Source: Octopus sinensis (Eukaryota). Taken from it: a stretch of DNA of 64,000 nt. Positions 1 to 11,830 of the stretch are shown here, piece after piece. The position numbers and the translations under genes are program-made. Within the stretch, counting starts at the first letter, position 1, and each line of letters starts with the position of its first letter. The notes beneath the pieces were generated by a model that did not search any database, had not been told where the DNA came from, and worked only from the letters and a program-made list of their open reading frames with translations. Location of the stretch: NCBI RefSeq assembly GCF_006345805.1, contig NC_042999.1, forward strand, positions 115,692,001-115,756,000. The letters are read 5' to 3'.

Positions 1-561
1 TTGTTAACAATCAACACAGAAAAAATATGTAAATTGTTACCAGGGTAGCAAAAAAATTCACAAGTAAAAAGGTTGTAACTCCTTGTTTTTAAAGATAGAA
101 ACTTCGGGTTTACGCGAAATATTTTGTATAATGTATATAAATAGATAAATGGAGTTAAACGCAGGTGTTATTCAAATTCATTTACTTCCGACACATGTTT
201 CGAAGATATCCCTGGTATTATTCCAAAGGAATACATTGGTGTAAAACAATGAGTTCCAGATTATCTTTGCAATTTCGGTTGGTTATACTCGAGATTGCTC
301 CAATCTGGCCAGCCCCAAGGAAAAGCTATGCTAAGCGCATTAGATTCCTTGGAAGATAGCAGCGAATGTATACGAAAAGAAGGACGAAAAAAAAACGGAG
401 GACAAACACACCACAAACAAAAAAATACACACATACAGACTTAGACAGACAGACAGACGTGTATATTATTGATGTGGAACGAATGAGAACTGCTGTAATC
501 ATACTGGCGTGAAACTCAAGTCGGGAGAGAAACTCTCAGCTTCAATTTTAATCAAAAACTT

Positions 562-608
<47 letters not shown>

Positions 609-645
609 GTATACGTGTATGTGTATATATGTATATATCTATATG

Positions 646-693
<48 letters not shown>

Positions 694-1082
694 AATTTAA
701 TTCACAATATATGGATTCAACTAATCCGGTGGTACTTATAAAAATGCTCCTTAACGTAGCATTCTACAAAACATATAGAATACATGGTATGATACAAGAG
801 CAAAAAAGTGTATAAAGTTATAAATAGAGAATATGGGCTTTGCATTCTTGAAACGTTGTTGAGGGATCATTTTTTAACATGGATTTCTTTAAACCCGAAG
901 AGTTAATGCAGACATGTAAGTAATTTATTACTTATTACAAAATACAAAATAAAATAAATACAAAATATAATAAAATAAACTATTTATATATGTTTTATTA
1001 AGCTGTGAAACAATTGTTGTTACATACGAATTGCCAATGGTTTAATCATTTTTATTACACCATATTTCTCTCGCTATTTATA

Positions 1083-1140
1083 ACTACACACACACACACA
1101 CTAACTGCGTATTTTAGCCTATGGAGCTCCTCAGTGTAGT
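1083..1140 (-). ncRNA. Decayed type I hammerhead-like motif
   Basis: Minus strand: ACTACA-CTGAGGA-GCTCCATAGGCT-AAAA(for GAAA)-TACGCA..(GT)n..-TGTAGT. Stem I ACTACA/TGTAGT pairs; GAAA is mutated and loop III holds a (GT)n tract. Confidence 0.4.
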
Positions 1141-1329
1141 TCCAAACTTTAAGAGAATTAAAGTAAGACTTCTTTTTTTCTTTTGCTGCTTTTGAATAGC
1201 AGGGAGACAGAAAAATTATAAGAATGAAGTAATGTAGTGAACGTACACATCACCACTTTTTTTTATAACCAGAAATATATTTAAATACAGAGAGGGGGAG
1301 AGAAAGATAGAGGAAAGAGAAATAAAGAG

Positions 1330-1637
1330 TGAGAGAGAAAGAAGGGGAGAGAGAGAGCGAGAAAGAAAGAGGTGAAAGAGTAAGTGAGAGAGAGAGAGAG
1401 AAAGAGAGTGTGAGCGTGTGAGAGAGAGGGAGAGAGAGAGAGAGAGAGAAAAAGCGGTAGGAGGTAGATATAATTGCTTGAATGGAAAAAGTTTCCGAAT
1501 ACATTTAATTTCGTGAGAAATCGCCATGAAAGCCGTTGGCACGAATTTAATTTTATCTGTCTACCTTTCTATCTACATAACTATCTGCCTGCCTGTCGCT
1601 CTGTCTATCTCACCCTCTCTGTTTATCTATCTATCTG

Positions 1638-1721
<84 letters not shown>

Positions 1722-2140
1722 AATCTCTATCTATCTGTTTGTCTGTTTGTCTATTTCTGTGTATGTATGTACGTAGGTGTGTATGCATGTATGTATGTAT
1801 GTATGTATGTATGTATGTATGTATGTATGTATGTATGTATGTATGTATGTATGTATCTATTTTTTGGTTGTCTTTCCGACTTTCCGCCTGTTTGTCTATC
1901 TCTGTCCGTCCGTCAGTCAGTCTGTCTGTCTGTCTGATTGTCTGTCTCTTTCTCACTCACACACTCTCTCTCTCTCTTTCTCTCTCTCTCGTTATCTATC
2001 TAGCTATCTACCTGTCGTTCTGTCCGCCTGTCTGTCTATCTCTCTGGCTATCTTTGTCTTTCTCCCTCTGCTTGCCTCTCTGGCTGTCTATTTGTCTATC
2101 TGTTTTTCTCTCTTTATTTCTTCCTTGCTTCTCTCCCTAA
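1330..2140. repeat. Compound microsatellite block: (AG)n, (TCTA)n, (TGTA)n, (TCTG)n
   Basis: Visible tandem repeats; source of the spurious ORFs at 1216-2157. Confidence 0.95.
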
Positions 2141-2814
2141 TTATCTTTCTGGTTTGAATAACAAATCGAATCAAAAGAAATTCTGAGTACATTCATTACC
2201 TTAATTTATTCTTGTAAATTAACCTATATCACTCGTCATTCTAACAAAGAGAGAACAGCAATAACAGCAACAACAACATCTACAACAGTATCTACCTTAG
2301 TTCTACACTGCATTGTTGAACGAAGACCATTGACCGAAATGTGTATTTGTAATTGGAAATGTATGATTTTCAAACATTTTCTTCATTACTGTAAACTAAG
2401 CAGATTAAATGTAAACCTACAGTACAACTGAAATTATGATTACTTTGAAATAACTACACGCAGAAAAATTTTTCCCGTTTACAGAAGTTAAACGAATTGA
2501 TCAATTAAATCAAAGCTTTTCGAAAGATAGAACTTTCAACCTATTTAACATCTACAGTTCTGAGTTCATTAGTGGGTGACGAAAGTTGCCACATGTTCGT
2601 AAGTGCTGCTTGAAGCCAGAAGAATATGATGAACCAAGAGTATAGTTTTCCTTTACCTTAATAGATATGCTCGTTAGTATACACACACACACATACAAAC
2701 GCACACATTTCAATGGAATTTGTGTGTGTATAAAAATTAAAACAAAACAACAAAAGTCAATAGGACGTACATAGTGAATATAGGTTAACGCTCAGTTTAA
2801 GATGAAAAAAGGAT

Positions 2815-2852
2815 AACTGTAACGTTTCGAGCATAGCTCTTCGTCAGAAAGA
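2815..2852 (-). ncRNA. Minimal hammerhead ribozyme motif
   Basis: Minus strand: CTGACGA-A-GAGC-TAT-GCTC-GAAAC-GTTA. Intact core, 4-bp stem II, palindromic AACGTT stem III; stem I is poor. Confidence 0.6.
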
Positions 2853-2929
2853 GGTAAGAGGAAAAGCCCGGAGAGAAGGAAAAAATTAATTCAAGAAAAG
2901 CACTTGTGTCAGCTTAGATCCTAACCTAG

Positions 2930-3065
2930 CTGTTGGGGTGTTAAAGTAACGTTCATAAGGTAGTGGGTTCTGTTCTATTCCTGGACCAGGCGGTACGTTG
3001 TGCCTTGCCTTGACCAAGTCACGTCATTTCAAGTTGACCCAGTATACTCAGATGAAAACGAGAAT
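2930..3065 (+). mobile_element. tRNA-derived SINE fragment (family A)
   Basis: Degenerate tRNA-like head followed by ttgtgcctt..gaccaagtcac; similar to the copies at 23571 and 50287. Confidence 0.5.
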
Positions 3066-3288
3066 CGTATCGGTTCATTCCTTTCTTCCTCTAACTTCCA
3101 CATACGCGGTCTCCCACTGAATCAAGGGTCAGAAAGGCCGAGAGAGTATTTGTAATTGTTTGCGATTACATAGGTGCCTAAAATAGTGAAAGTATGGTAC
3201 ATGCTACGAGATCACACTCAAATGATTTTGGATACATATCACAATATCACTGTATCAACCAAATTATCTTATGCTATTATACACCGCT

Positions 3289-3512
3289 AGTCCCATGAAG
3301 GGAATCACTCTGCTGCTATTTAGCCTTAGGAAGCAGCAACGTTTCCTGTCGGCCTTGACACATTTCCTGTGTCCTTATGTTTACAAGGAGGAGATAAGCA
3401 CCTCTACCCAGCTAAATCTGCACCCAGAGACTAGTTTCTGAGTTTTTGCTCGTCATCAGTCTGGAGTAGCATGGCTTACTAGTTGAAGATGCCTATTTAG
3501 CTCTTGTAAACA
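3289..3512 (-). mobile_element. Partial copy of the 305-nt HHR-bearing retrozyme-like element
   Basis: Near-identical to ~9078-9296 (agtcccatgaagggaatca...ctcttgtaaaca); abuts (TA)n. Confidence 0.85.
3424..3464 (-). ncRNA. Minimal type I hammerhead ribozyme
   Basis: Minus strand: CCAGA-CTGATGA-CGAG-CAAAAA-CTCA-GAAA-CTAG-TC^TCTGG. Perfect 5-bp stem I, intact core, palindromic ACTAGT stem III, GUC cleavage triplet. Confidence 0.9.
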
Positions 3513-3517
3513 TATAT

Positions 3518-3566
<49 letters not shown>

Positions 3567-3599
3567 CAATGTGCTTCTTTGTACTGTTGTAGCTTTTAA

Positions 3600-3775
3600 A
3601 TGTTGCCACCCGGCTGGCTAGGCAAGCAGGCCAACATCCACCCTGAATGAAACGCCAGTCCACCGACCGCAGTGGTTGCTGCTGAGTGAACTGGAGCAGC
3701 ACACCACCAGTGTGAGAGTCGTGATCACGATCTTGTGATCCTGAGTGCAACACCATGATCACTTGACCACGCGCA
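3600..3775 (-). mobile_element. tRNA-derived SINE, degenerate (family A-like)
   Basis: Reverse complement starts gcgcgtggtcaagtgatc.. and contains ctccagttcactcagcag; tail ggctggcta..gcaggcca is shared with 8380-8495. Confidence 0.55.
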
Positions 3776-4934
3776 TATGGTTGGACACATGCCTACTAAT
3801 GCTATCAACTAATTGATGGATGATGATGGCTAATGGGAGCTCGGCATTACCGAAAAACTAAATGTCATAGTATCAACAGTCAATATTAGGGAGGAAACCT
3901 CCTCTTCCAGAATGCATAGGCAACAATTCATACTTGGAAACTTCAATCATGACCCCACTACCCACTTTGTCACTCCTCTAACCTGCATAAGACTTCTGCA
4001 CATCAAATATATGCATTACATGAATATTATGCATGAAAGACACATTCCCGTAAACTTATTCGGGATTCTCTTGTAACAGAGATGTATGTACATTATACAT
4101 ATTCATGGTATCATGTAACTCACAGAATATATTACAACTCCATGAATTTACAACCCTAGAGACCAAGTTTGGTGTCAAAATGTGAAATTCCACAATTTTG
4201 GACACATACTCAAATACGAACAAATCACATAATGCAGATGTGTGTCTATACATATGTCTGTAGGTATATATGTATATATGTGTGTGTTTGGTGTGTGTAT
4301 GTGTACATATATTTTGTATGGATGTGCATGTGCACGTACGTATATACTTATATTTATAAATTTGAATACGAATGTTCTCACGTGAAATGATTAATCCATT
4401 CATGGCGAGCGAAAATCCTAACTCGAGTCTACTTAATTCATGGTGAACACAACTCCTTAGAAAGATTCCAAGGGAGACGATAATTAGGATTTTCTCATAA
4501 ATTACCGTTTATAATCTATGTTTATTTATCCCTCCCCATATCCTGTAAAGTCTCGTATAGCTTCGTGTATTCTCATTACCAACGTTCCATGTAACAAACT
4601 TGATAATTGTTGAGCGATTTCTCTTGGCATGGAACGAATGGTAACCTTGTTAACCCACAAATAAACTACGGACACACACACACATGTACATATACACAAA
4701 CATACATACACACACACACAAGCAAGCTCTCTCCCACACACACGAACGCATGCATACACATACACACACATGCACATACACATGCACACACATGCATATA
4801 CGCCTAAATATAGTTCTAGATATTCATGTGTGCAACTTGTATATATATATATATATATGTCGGTGGGTATATAGGCATGTGCGTGTGTATTTGCACGGAT
4901 GTATATATGTATGCATATGTATATATTTGTGGTA

Positions 4935-5036
<102 letters not shown>

Positions 5037-5894
5037 CATATATATATATGTATGTATGTATACATGTATACATGTATATGTATGTGTGTATGTATATATA
5101 TATGTATTATGTGTACATAAGTATGTATATGATTATACACTGTGATGTGTATCCCCATTATATAACCAAGGATTGGATTGATTGATTGATCGATTAATTA
5201 ATTAATTTATTAATTAGTTAATTATTGGGTTAGCTATTTGATAAGTTATTGGAGCTATTTAATCGATCCCTTCGTTTTTGTATTTAGTTATAAATTTAAA
5301 AAAAACCTAACTCCCTTCGCTCCCTTTGTTTTATTTATTTACAAATAACAAGAAACCCACAACTCCACCACATCTCTTAAATAAATAAATGAATGGATAG
5401 ATATTTTTAAGGACTAAATAACTAAGGAGTTATTGACTTAACAATATCACATGGAATCTTGCATTTTAGGCATTTGGAAGATGGCGTCTTGCATTTGAAA
5501 CGATTTGTCAGATATAATAGATATTGAAAATATTTTTAACGATAATGACTACAATTTGGTAATATGTACGTATAGTTATATATAGAAGAGAATATGTGAG
5601 GATTTGGAGATTAAATACTGGGCGTAAGTTTAGCGATTAAGAACATGTTGAGACGATATATACAGTCTCTTTTGGTGTTTTGTCCCTTATTTGAGTTTGG
5701 TCCAACTGGTTTCCGGCATGTATTTTAACCATATAGTACCCATTTAAGTTTGTAAATATATTAATGATTCACATAGTTAGACTTATACATATAATATTAT
5801 ATATTGTATTTTTAAAAATAAATTTGTAATAAATTATCTCTCATATGTATTATATTAAAATAATATCCCCTTAGCATATCACTTTAACCCTAAA

Positions 5895-5975
<81 letters not shown>

Positions 5976-6368
5976 ATATTATATGTATATGTATATATGA
6001 ATTCACCTATGAATTCAATTACATTCTGTTTTGTTTCTAATTTGTTTTATTTCATCGGTTATCAATTAACCAACCATAACTGAGGCAAACAATTCAAAAC
6101 AATTGATGACCAATTAGATTAAGTAACTGAACAAAAATAACCCCTCCCCACTTCCCGCAAGATTTCAACTACTGGAGAAAGAAAAAATAACGGAGAAATA
6201 AACAAAACACGTTTATATGTAAATATATATATAAGTCTGTTTATTATTGTTATAATTATATTATATAATTATAATGATACAAACTACTGCACTGATCCTC
6301 CCTTCTAAACATATATAATACGTATGTATATATGAGTATGTTTGAGCGGAAATATATATATATATATC

Positions 6369-6404
<36 letters not shown>

Positions 6405-6577
6405 TTCCTCATGTATATGCAGTTTCCTTCTTGCATAACTGAAATAACTTTAAGATATATTGATTTTATAAATTACAATATTACGCCTCTTATAACTTTC
6501 TCATACCTCTGTTTGTATTTTTATCTAATATGAATAATATAATGCATTTAATAATAATAATAATAATAATAATAATG

Positions 6578-6648
<71 letters not shown>

Positions 6649-6649
<1 letters not shown>

Positions 6650-7106
6650 GGTCACAGAAAACGAGAAAGCAACCATACTCTGGGATATGCCGATACACAC
6701 AGATAGAGAAATTAAGGCCAACAGACCAGATATAGTTGTCAGAGATCATGAAGAAAAAAAATGCTTTCTAATTGATGTATCAATACCGGCAGATGACAAC
6801 GTGTCTCTAAAAGAAATGGAGAAACTCTCAAAATACAAAGACCTGGAAATAGAGGTAACTAGAATGTGGAATCTGAAAACAGAAACAATTCCTATCATAA
6901 TAGGTGCATTGGGCATGATTAAAAAAATATTCAGACAAATACATATAACATACAGAAAATTGCACTACTAGGCACTGCACACATCCTACGCAGAACACTT
7001 TCCATACAATAACCATCAGAGCATCACAACAGATCACAACACATACCCAAGTCACACAGAGCTGCGCTCGGTAGTGAAGTGAAAGCACGCTATAAAAATA
7101 AAACTA

Positions 7107-7110
<4 letters not shown>
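6649..7110 (+). mobile_element. 5'-truncated R4/Dong-like non-LTR retrotransposon (RLE end), family 1
   Basis: ORF 6687-6971 carries NRPDIVV, IDVSIP, KLSKYKDL and IPIIIGALG, then (frameshift) QKIALLGTAHILRR*; flanked on both sides by (AAT)n. Confidence 0.9.
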
Positions 7111-7137
<27 letters not shown>

Positions 7138-7330
7138 TAATAATAATAATAATATAATAATAATAATAATAATAATAATTGATTCTTGTGTATGCTTATG
7201 CATGCAAATATGCATGTACATTTAAGTGTAGGTATATGTATTTATATATGTATGTATATTATATGTATATGTATAAGTATGTAAATGTGTGTGTATTTTT
7301 ATATTTATAATTTAACCTTATGTACTTTCT

Positions 7331-7460
7331 AATATCTCCGACGAAGCCTAATGATACACCCCAGTACCTCAATTTCATCTACTAGTTACTTCAGTCTACT
7401 GGAGGGATAAAGGTAGAATGAGGTATTTTTGCCACTTGGCTGAAACAGCTGTAACATATT
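7331..7460 (+). ncRNA. Hammerhead motif with long stem II insertion (one core substitution)
   Basis: AATATCT-CCGACGA-AGCC..~89 nt..GGCT-GAAA-CAGCTG-TA^ACATATT. Palindromic ACAGCTGT stem III, stem I 6/7 bp, core U>C change. Confidence 0.7.
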
Positions 7461-7547
7461 TTCCCAATTTCTATTCCTGTATGTTATATATTTTAATAAT
7501 TACTGGTATCTTTATATATTTTATATCTATTATATATATTTTATAAG

Positions 7548-7630
<83 letters not shown>

Positions 7631-7819
7631 TATGCATTTTATATGTAAGGTATAATATGTTATACATGTATGTATATTCTTGTAATTGTCATTTTAGTAA
7701 ATAAATAAATTGACATAATATAATGTCTAGAAGTTGATGAACCACCTATTGATCCCCTCCATTTTCTATTGCTCTCTCTCTCTCTCTATATATATATGGG
7801 TATATATATATATATATAT

Positions 7820-7892
<73 letters not shown>

Positions 7893-8518
7893 TATATATA
7901 CATATATATAGGCAAACATACACAAGTACACACACATTTAAACACGAGGACAAATCTCTTAATTGCATTAGCTCCTTGTTTATGACTATGTTGGACACAT
8001 CGGGACTTGTTTGTTACTAATTTTTATAGTCACTTCCTTCAACAGCTGCTTTGGGCGAATAAGTGGTTTTATACAACTTATATATGTATTTCTTCCTATG
8101 ACGTAAGCTTATTTCGGATCTCATTAAAATATCCAGACGTTTTTTTAATACAATTATATTCACTTCATGCGGCTCAAGTTTTTTCAACCTGGATATTGAA
8201 ATGTTGCGGGTCCTTGAACCGTAAAGTCTTTAGTATCTGGTATCTACACTAGAAAGGAAGGATGGTACTTTTTGTCGCAATTCATTGGCATAAATTCCGT
8301 AAATTGGCATAATTCTTAATGTTTGTTGCTAGCCCTTCCAGGATCTTCCATATATATATATAATATATATATATATATCACGTGATCACGTGACCGACCA
8401 GATCATCAGATGTTGTTACACATCGCTGGTCACAATGCGTTCGCATTGTTTTAGCCTTCGAATGACGCCAACCCGCTGGCTAAGCGAGCAGGCCATATAT
8501 ATATATATATTATTATAT

Positions 8519-8552
<34 letters not shown>

Positions 8553-8689
8553 AATATTTAAAAATTGAGGGAGATAAATTAATATTAATTTTAATATCAA
8601 TTTAAAACCAGTAGTCCAGCATTCAAAAAATCTGAGGAGTCAGAGAAAATTCAAATATATGTGTATATTGGCAGGGCTGGCCTGCTAGG

Positions 8690-8993
8690 TAGCCGGCCAG
8701 AATGCTAGAAAAAGATCAACAACGATCAAACTACAAGGGAAATTCTCTAGAGGAAGAATTCAGCGAACACCAGAACCAAATTTGGCGGGCAGGACATATG
8801 AAAAATTAAATAAAAAACAGACTTAAATGCATACCTCGGTTTCGGTCTTAACAAAAGAATTACTTGCATAATTCAAGTGTCCGTGACTTCTTCAGTACAT
8901 TCGGTCCTCGAGATGCAAACTGCAAGACCAACCCCAAGAGAATTTCCCTTGTAGTTTGATCGTTGTTGATCTTTTTCTAGCATTCTGGCCGGC

Positions 8994-8995
<2 letters not shown>
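8690..8995. mobile_element. Fold-back cassette with perfect 59-bp inverted arms enclosing an HHR
   Basis: 8690-8748 is the exact reverse complement of 8937-8995; followed by (TA)n. Confidence 0.85.
8827..8900 (-). ncRNA. Type I hammerhead ribozyme with extended stem II
   Basis: Minus strand: ATGTA-CTGAAGA-AGTC..ACTTG/CAAGT hairpin..GACC-GAAA-CCGAGG-TA^TGCAT. Stem I 5 bp including one G-U; intact core. Confidence 0.8.
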
Positions 8996-9054
<59 letters not shown>

Positions 9055-9212
9055 GTATACAGTCAACTTAATGTGACAGTCCCATGAAGGGAATCATACT
9101 ACTGCTATTTAACCTTAAGAAGCAGCAACGCTTTCTGTCGGCCTTGACACATTTCCTGTGTTCTTATGTTTAAAAGGGGGAGATAAGTACCTCCACCCAG
9201 CTAAGTCTGCAC

Positions 9213-9253
9213 CCAGAGAATAGTTTCTGAGTCTTTGCTCGTCATCAGTCTGG
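9213..9253 (-). ncRNA. Minimal type I hammerhead ribozyme
   Basis: Minus strand: CCAGA-CTGATGA-CGAG-CAAAGA-CTCA-GAAA-CTAT-TC^TCTGG. Same as 3424-3464 with one change in the stem III palindrome. Confidence 0.85.
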
Positions 9254-9512
9254 AGTAGCATGCAAGTTGGAGATGCCTATCTAGCTCTTGTAAACATAAC
9301 AATTCCAGTGAAATAAATCCACTGAGAGATATATGCAGTAGCGGTACGATAGAGTAGTTGTAGACTGTCAAATTAATGTGACAGTCCCATGTAAGGAATC
9401 ACACTACTGCTATTTAGCCCTAGGAAGCAGCAACGCTTCCTGTCGGCCTTGACACATTTCCTGTGTCCTTATGTTTACAAGGGGGGAGATATGCACCTCC
9501 ACCCAGCTAAGC

Positions 9513-9548
9513 CTGATGACGAGCAAAGACTCAGAAACTAGTCTCTGG
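9513..9548 (+). ncRNA. Hammerhead core in the loop of the ~190-bp fold-back
   Basis: CTGATGA-CGAG-CAAAGA-CTCA-GAAA-CTAG-TC^TCTGG; the 5' strand of stem I is replaced at the inversion junction. Confidence 0.8.
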
Positions 9549-10015
9549 ATGCAAGCTTAGCTGGGTGGAGATGCTTATCTCCCCCTTGTAAACATTAGGA
9601 CACAGGAAATGTGTAAAGGCCGACAGAAAGCGTTGCTGCTTCCTAGAGCTAAATAGCAGTAGTGTGATTCCCTTCATGGGACTGTCACACTACGTTGACA
9701 GTATACAACTACTCTATCGTACCACTACTGCATATATCTCTCTGAGATATTTAGAAATGTAATATATATATATATTATAATTATTAGGGAATAACAAGTA
9801 TTCTAGGTTATTTGTAATGAAATGTAAAAAGTATATTTTAAAATATTATTACAAATTGTGGATATTTACCAATAGATAAGCAACTCCTATTTTAGGATAA
9901 CCTCATGGTATGGTATACACAGAGAAAATTACCTCAAATAAAATAATTGAAATAACATACAATAAAATTAGCTAAATGAATATATCTTACCTATTATTAA
10001 TCTGGGGGGAAAGTA

Positions 10016-10099
10016 ATCGTTACACGTATTTCTACGCTGGTGGGGTGTGTATTAAGGCTATCCTTAATACATAAGTCCACCTGTGCATCCTCAGACTAT
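10016..10099 (-). ncRNA. Type I hammerhead ribozyme with extended stem II
   Basis: Minus strand: ATAGT-CTGAGGA-TGC..GGTGG..TGTATTAAGG-ATAG-CCTTAATACA..CCACC..GTA-GAAA-TACGTG-TA^ACGAT. Its 3' half recurs inverted at 10340-10407. Confidence 0.8.
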
Positions 10100-10407
10100 G
10101 TATATTATTATTATTATGTACGGTTAAAAGTTAAAAATTAAAAACTAAAAATCATATTAAAAATAAAAATTACAAATATATTTTTAAAATATTACATACC
10201 TAAAGTACAATTAAAACATATATTGAAAATGCTCTACCTAAGGAAATTATTAACGATTGAATTAGAGACATATCAAATCGTACAAAGATATCTAAATAAA
10301 TAATATAGAAATTAATTATTTAGTATAAAATATACCCCTGAAACACGTGTAGCGATTACTTGTACTACATTCTTTCCCCACAGATTAATAACAGGTAAGA
10401 TATATTC

Positions 10408-11830
10408 CCAAGTAACAGATCTAGTAGGAATATACCTAATATCTGAAATTGAGTTAGAACACCTTAACATAGAGGGAGGTCTATATAGGGACGACCTACT
10501 CCTTATAACTAGAAACTGCACCAATAAATCATTAGAAAACAAAGAAAAAATATACACATTTTTTACGAATAATGGTTTGATATCTCTATAGAGAAAGAAC
10601 ATTCTGCGGTTAACTACCTAGATCCAAACCTAAACTTAGTAACTAATAAAACCCACCCATTCCATAAGTTAAACGAGCACCTTAAGTACGCTAATGCCCA
10701 TAGTAACCATCCTAACTCAGTTAAAAAAGTATTAATAGACAATAAAAATAAAAGAATTTCTATGTTATACTCGGATATTGATACTTTCAATAAACATGCC
10801 TCTTACTATAACAGTGTATTAAAAGAAGCAGGCTATAATTCAAAAATTTAATTCTTTAATAATTACAGACCAAATAATAATACTAGTAATCATCCTAACT
10901 CTCAAACCAACTATAGAAATAATAACAATGGTAATAATAAACAATATAAGGAAATAAATAAAGATAAATATAATATACGTCTAAATATAAAAATAATAAT
11001 AATAATTATAGTAAGGATAATACTAAAAATATTTCGAATAAAAATGATAAGAATTATTATTATATACCCACGAAGAATACACTGACAACGATGAAAAAAT
11101 AAATAAAATAAGGAAATTATATGGCTAAAATGGGGCTCAAATTAAGACTAATATTATTAAAGATATTTTGAACATAATAAAAACATCCTTTAAAAAGAAC
11201 AATACGTACTCGAAATTATTCTCCAATAAAACCATTACAGTGGGATATTCTATAACAAGGAATGTAAGTAATATTATATCCTCAATAAACAATTTCAAAT
11301 CAAACAAATTTTTTAATAATAATTTGACTAATATTAACTATAGCTACAGCAGAACTATCACAAACAATAAACATAACCGTATTTTAAATAAATGCACATG
11401 TAAAGACAAATCTAAATGTATGAGTAATAATAATTGCAATCTAGATAACGTAATTTATAAATGGATAATAACCTCTAATAACCATAATAACATTAATAAT
11501 AAAGAATATATTGGATTCATAGCGAACGAAATTAAAAGAAGAATTTCCCAGCATTATCAGTCTTTCAAAAATCCCAAATTAAAAAATTCGACAGGTCTAA
11601 GTAAATACATATGAGAGTTAAAATCTAATAAAATAGAATACACCCTTAATTGGTATATTATTTGTAGAGGGAACTCATATAAAATAGGTAACAAAACATG
11701 CTTATCATGTACAACAGAGATAATGAAAATACTCCAGTCGAGGGAGTTATTATTAAACAGTAATGAAGAGGGAGGAACAAAGTGTCGATATAGGAATAGC
11801 TTTACGTATAATAAAATGAAAAATATATAA
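10408..11830 (+). pseudogene. 5'-truncated Penelope-like retroelement: RT C-half plus GIY-YIG endonuclease, with stops and frameshifts
   Basis: Hand translation: VTDLVGIYL..GGLYRDDLL, VNYLD, YANAHSNHP, KRIS, LKEAGY; then CTCKDKSKC..NVIYK..KEYIG..KRRISQH..STGLSKYI, LNW, CLSCTTE, LLNSNEE..KCRY. Confidence 0.9.

Larger units (their letters stand above)
9052..9742. mobile_element. Non-coding retrozyme/Penelope-pLTR-like element: ~1.5 tandem 305-nt units plus an inverted partial unit
   Basis: gttgta.ac.gtcaa.ttaatgtgacagtcccatg occurs at 9052 and 9357 (period 305); 9324-9512 is inverted at 9555-9742; two HHR cores. Confidence 0.85.

Noticed and set aside
184-270. Minus-strand GAAACATGTGTC preceded by a long hairpin (HHR 3' half)
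   Set aside because: No CUGANGA box is present; at best a truncated relic.
4526-4660. Non-repetitive tail of ORF 4526-5158 as a possible exon
   Set aside because: No recognisable domain and no convincing splice signals.
8098-8140. GGAT..ATCC-GAAA-TAAGCTTA on the minus strand
   Set aside because: Core CUGANGA and stem I are missing.
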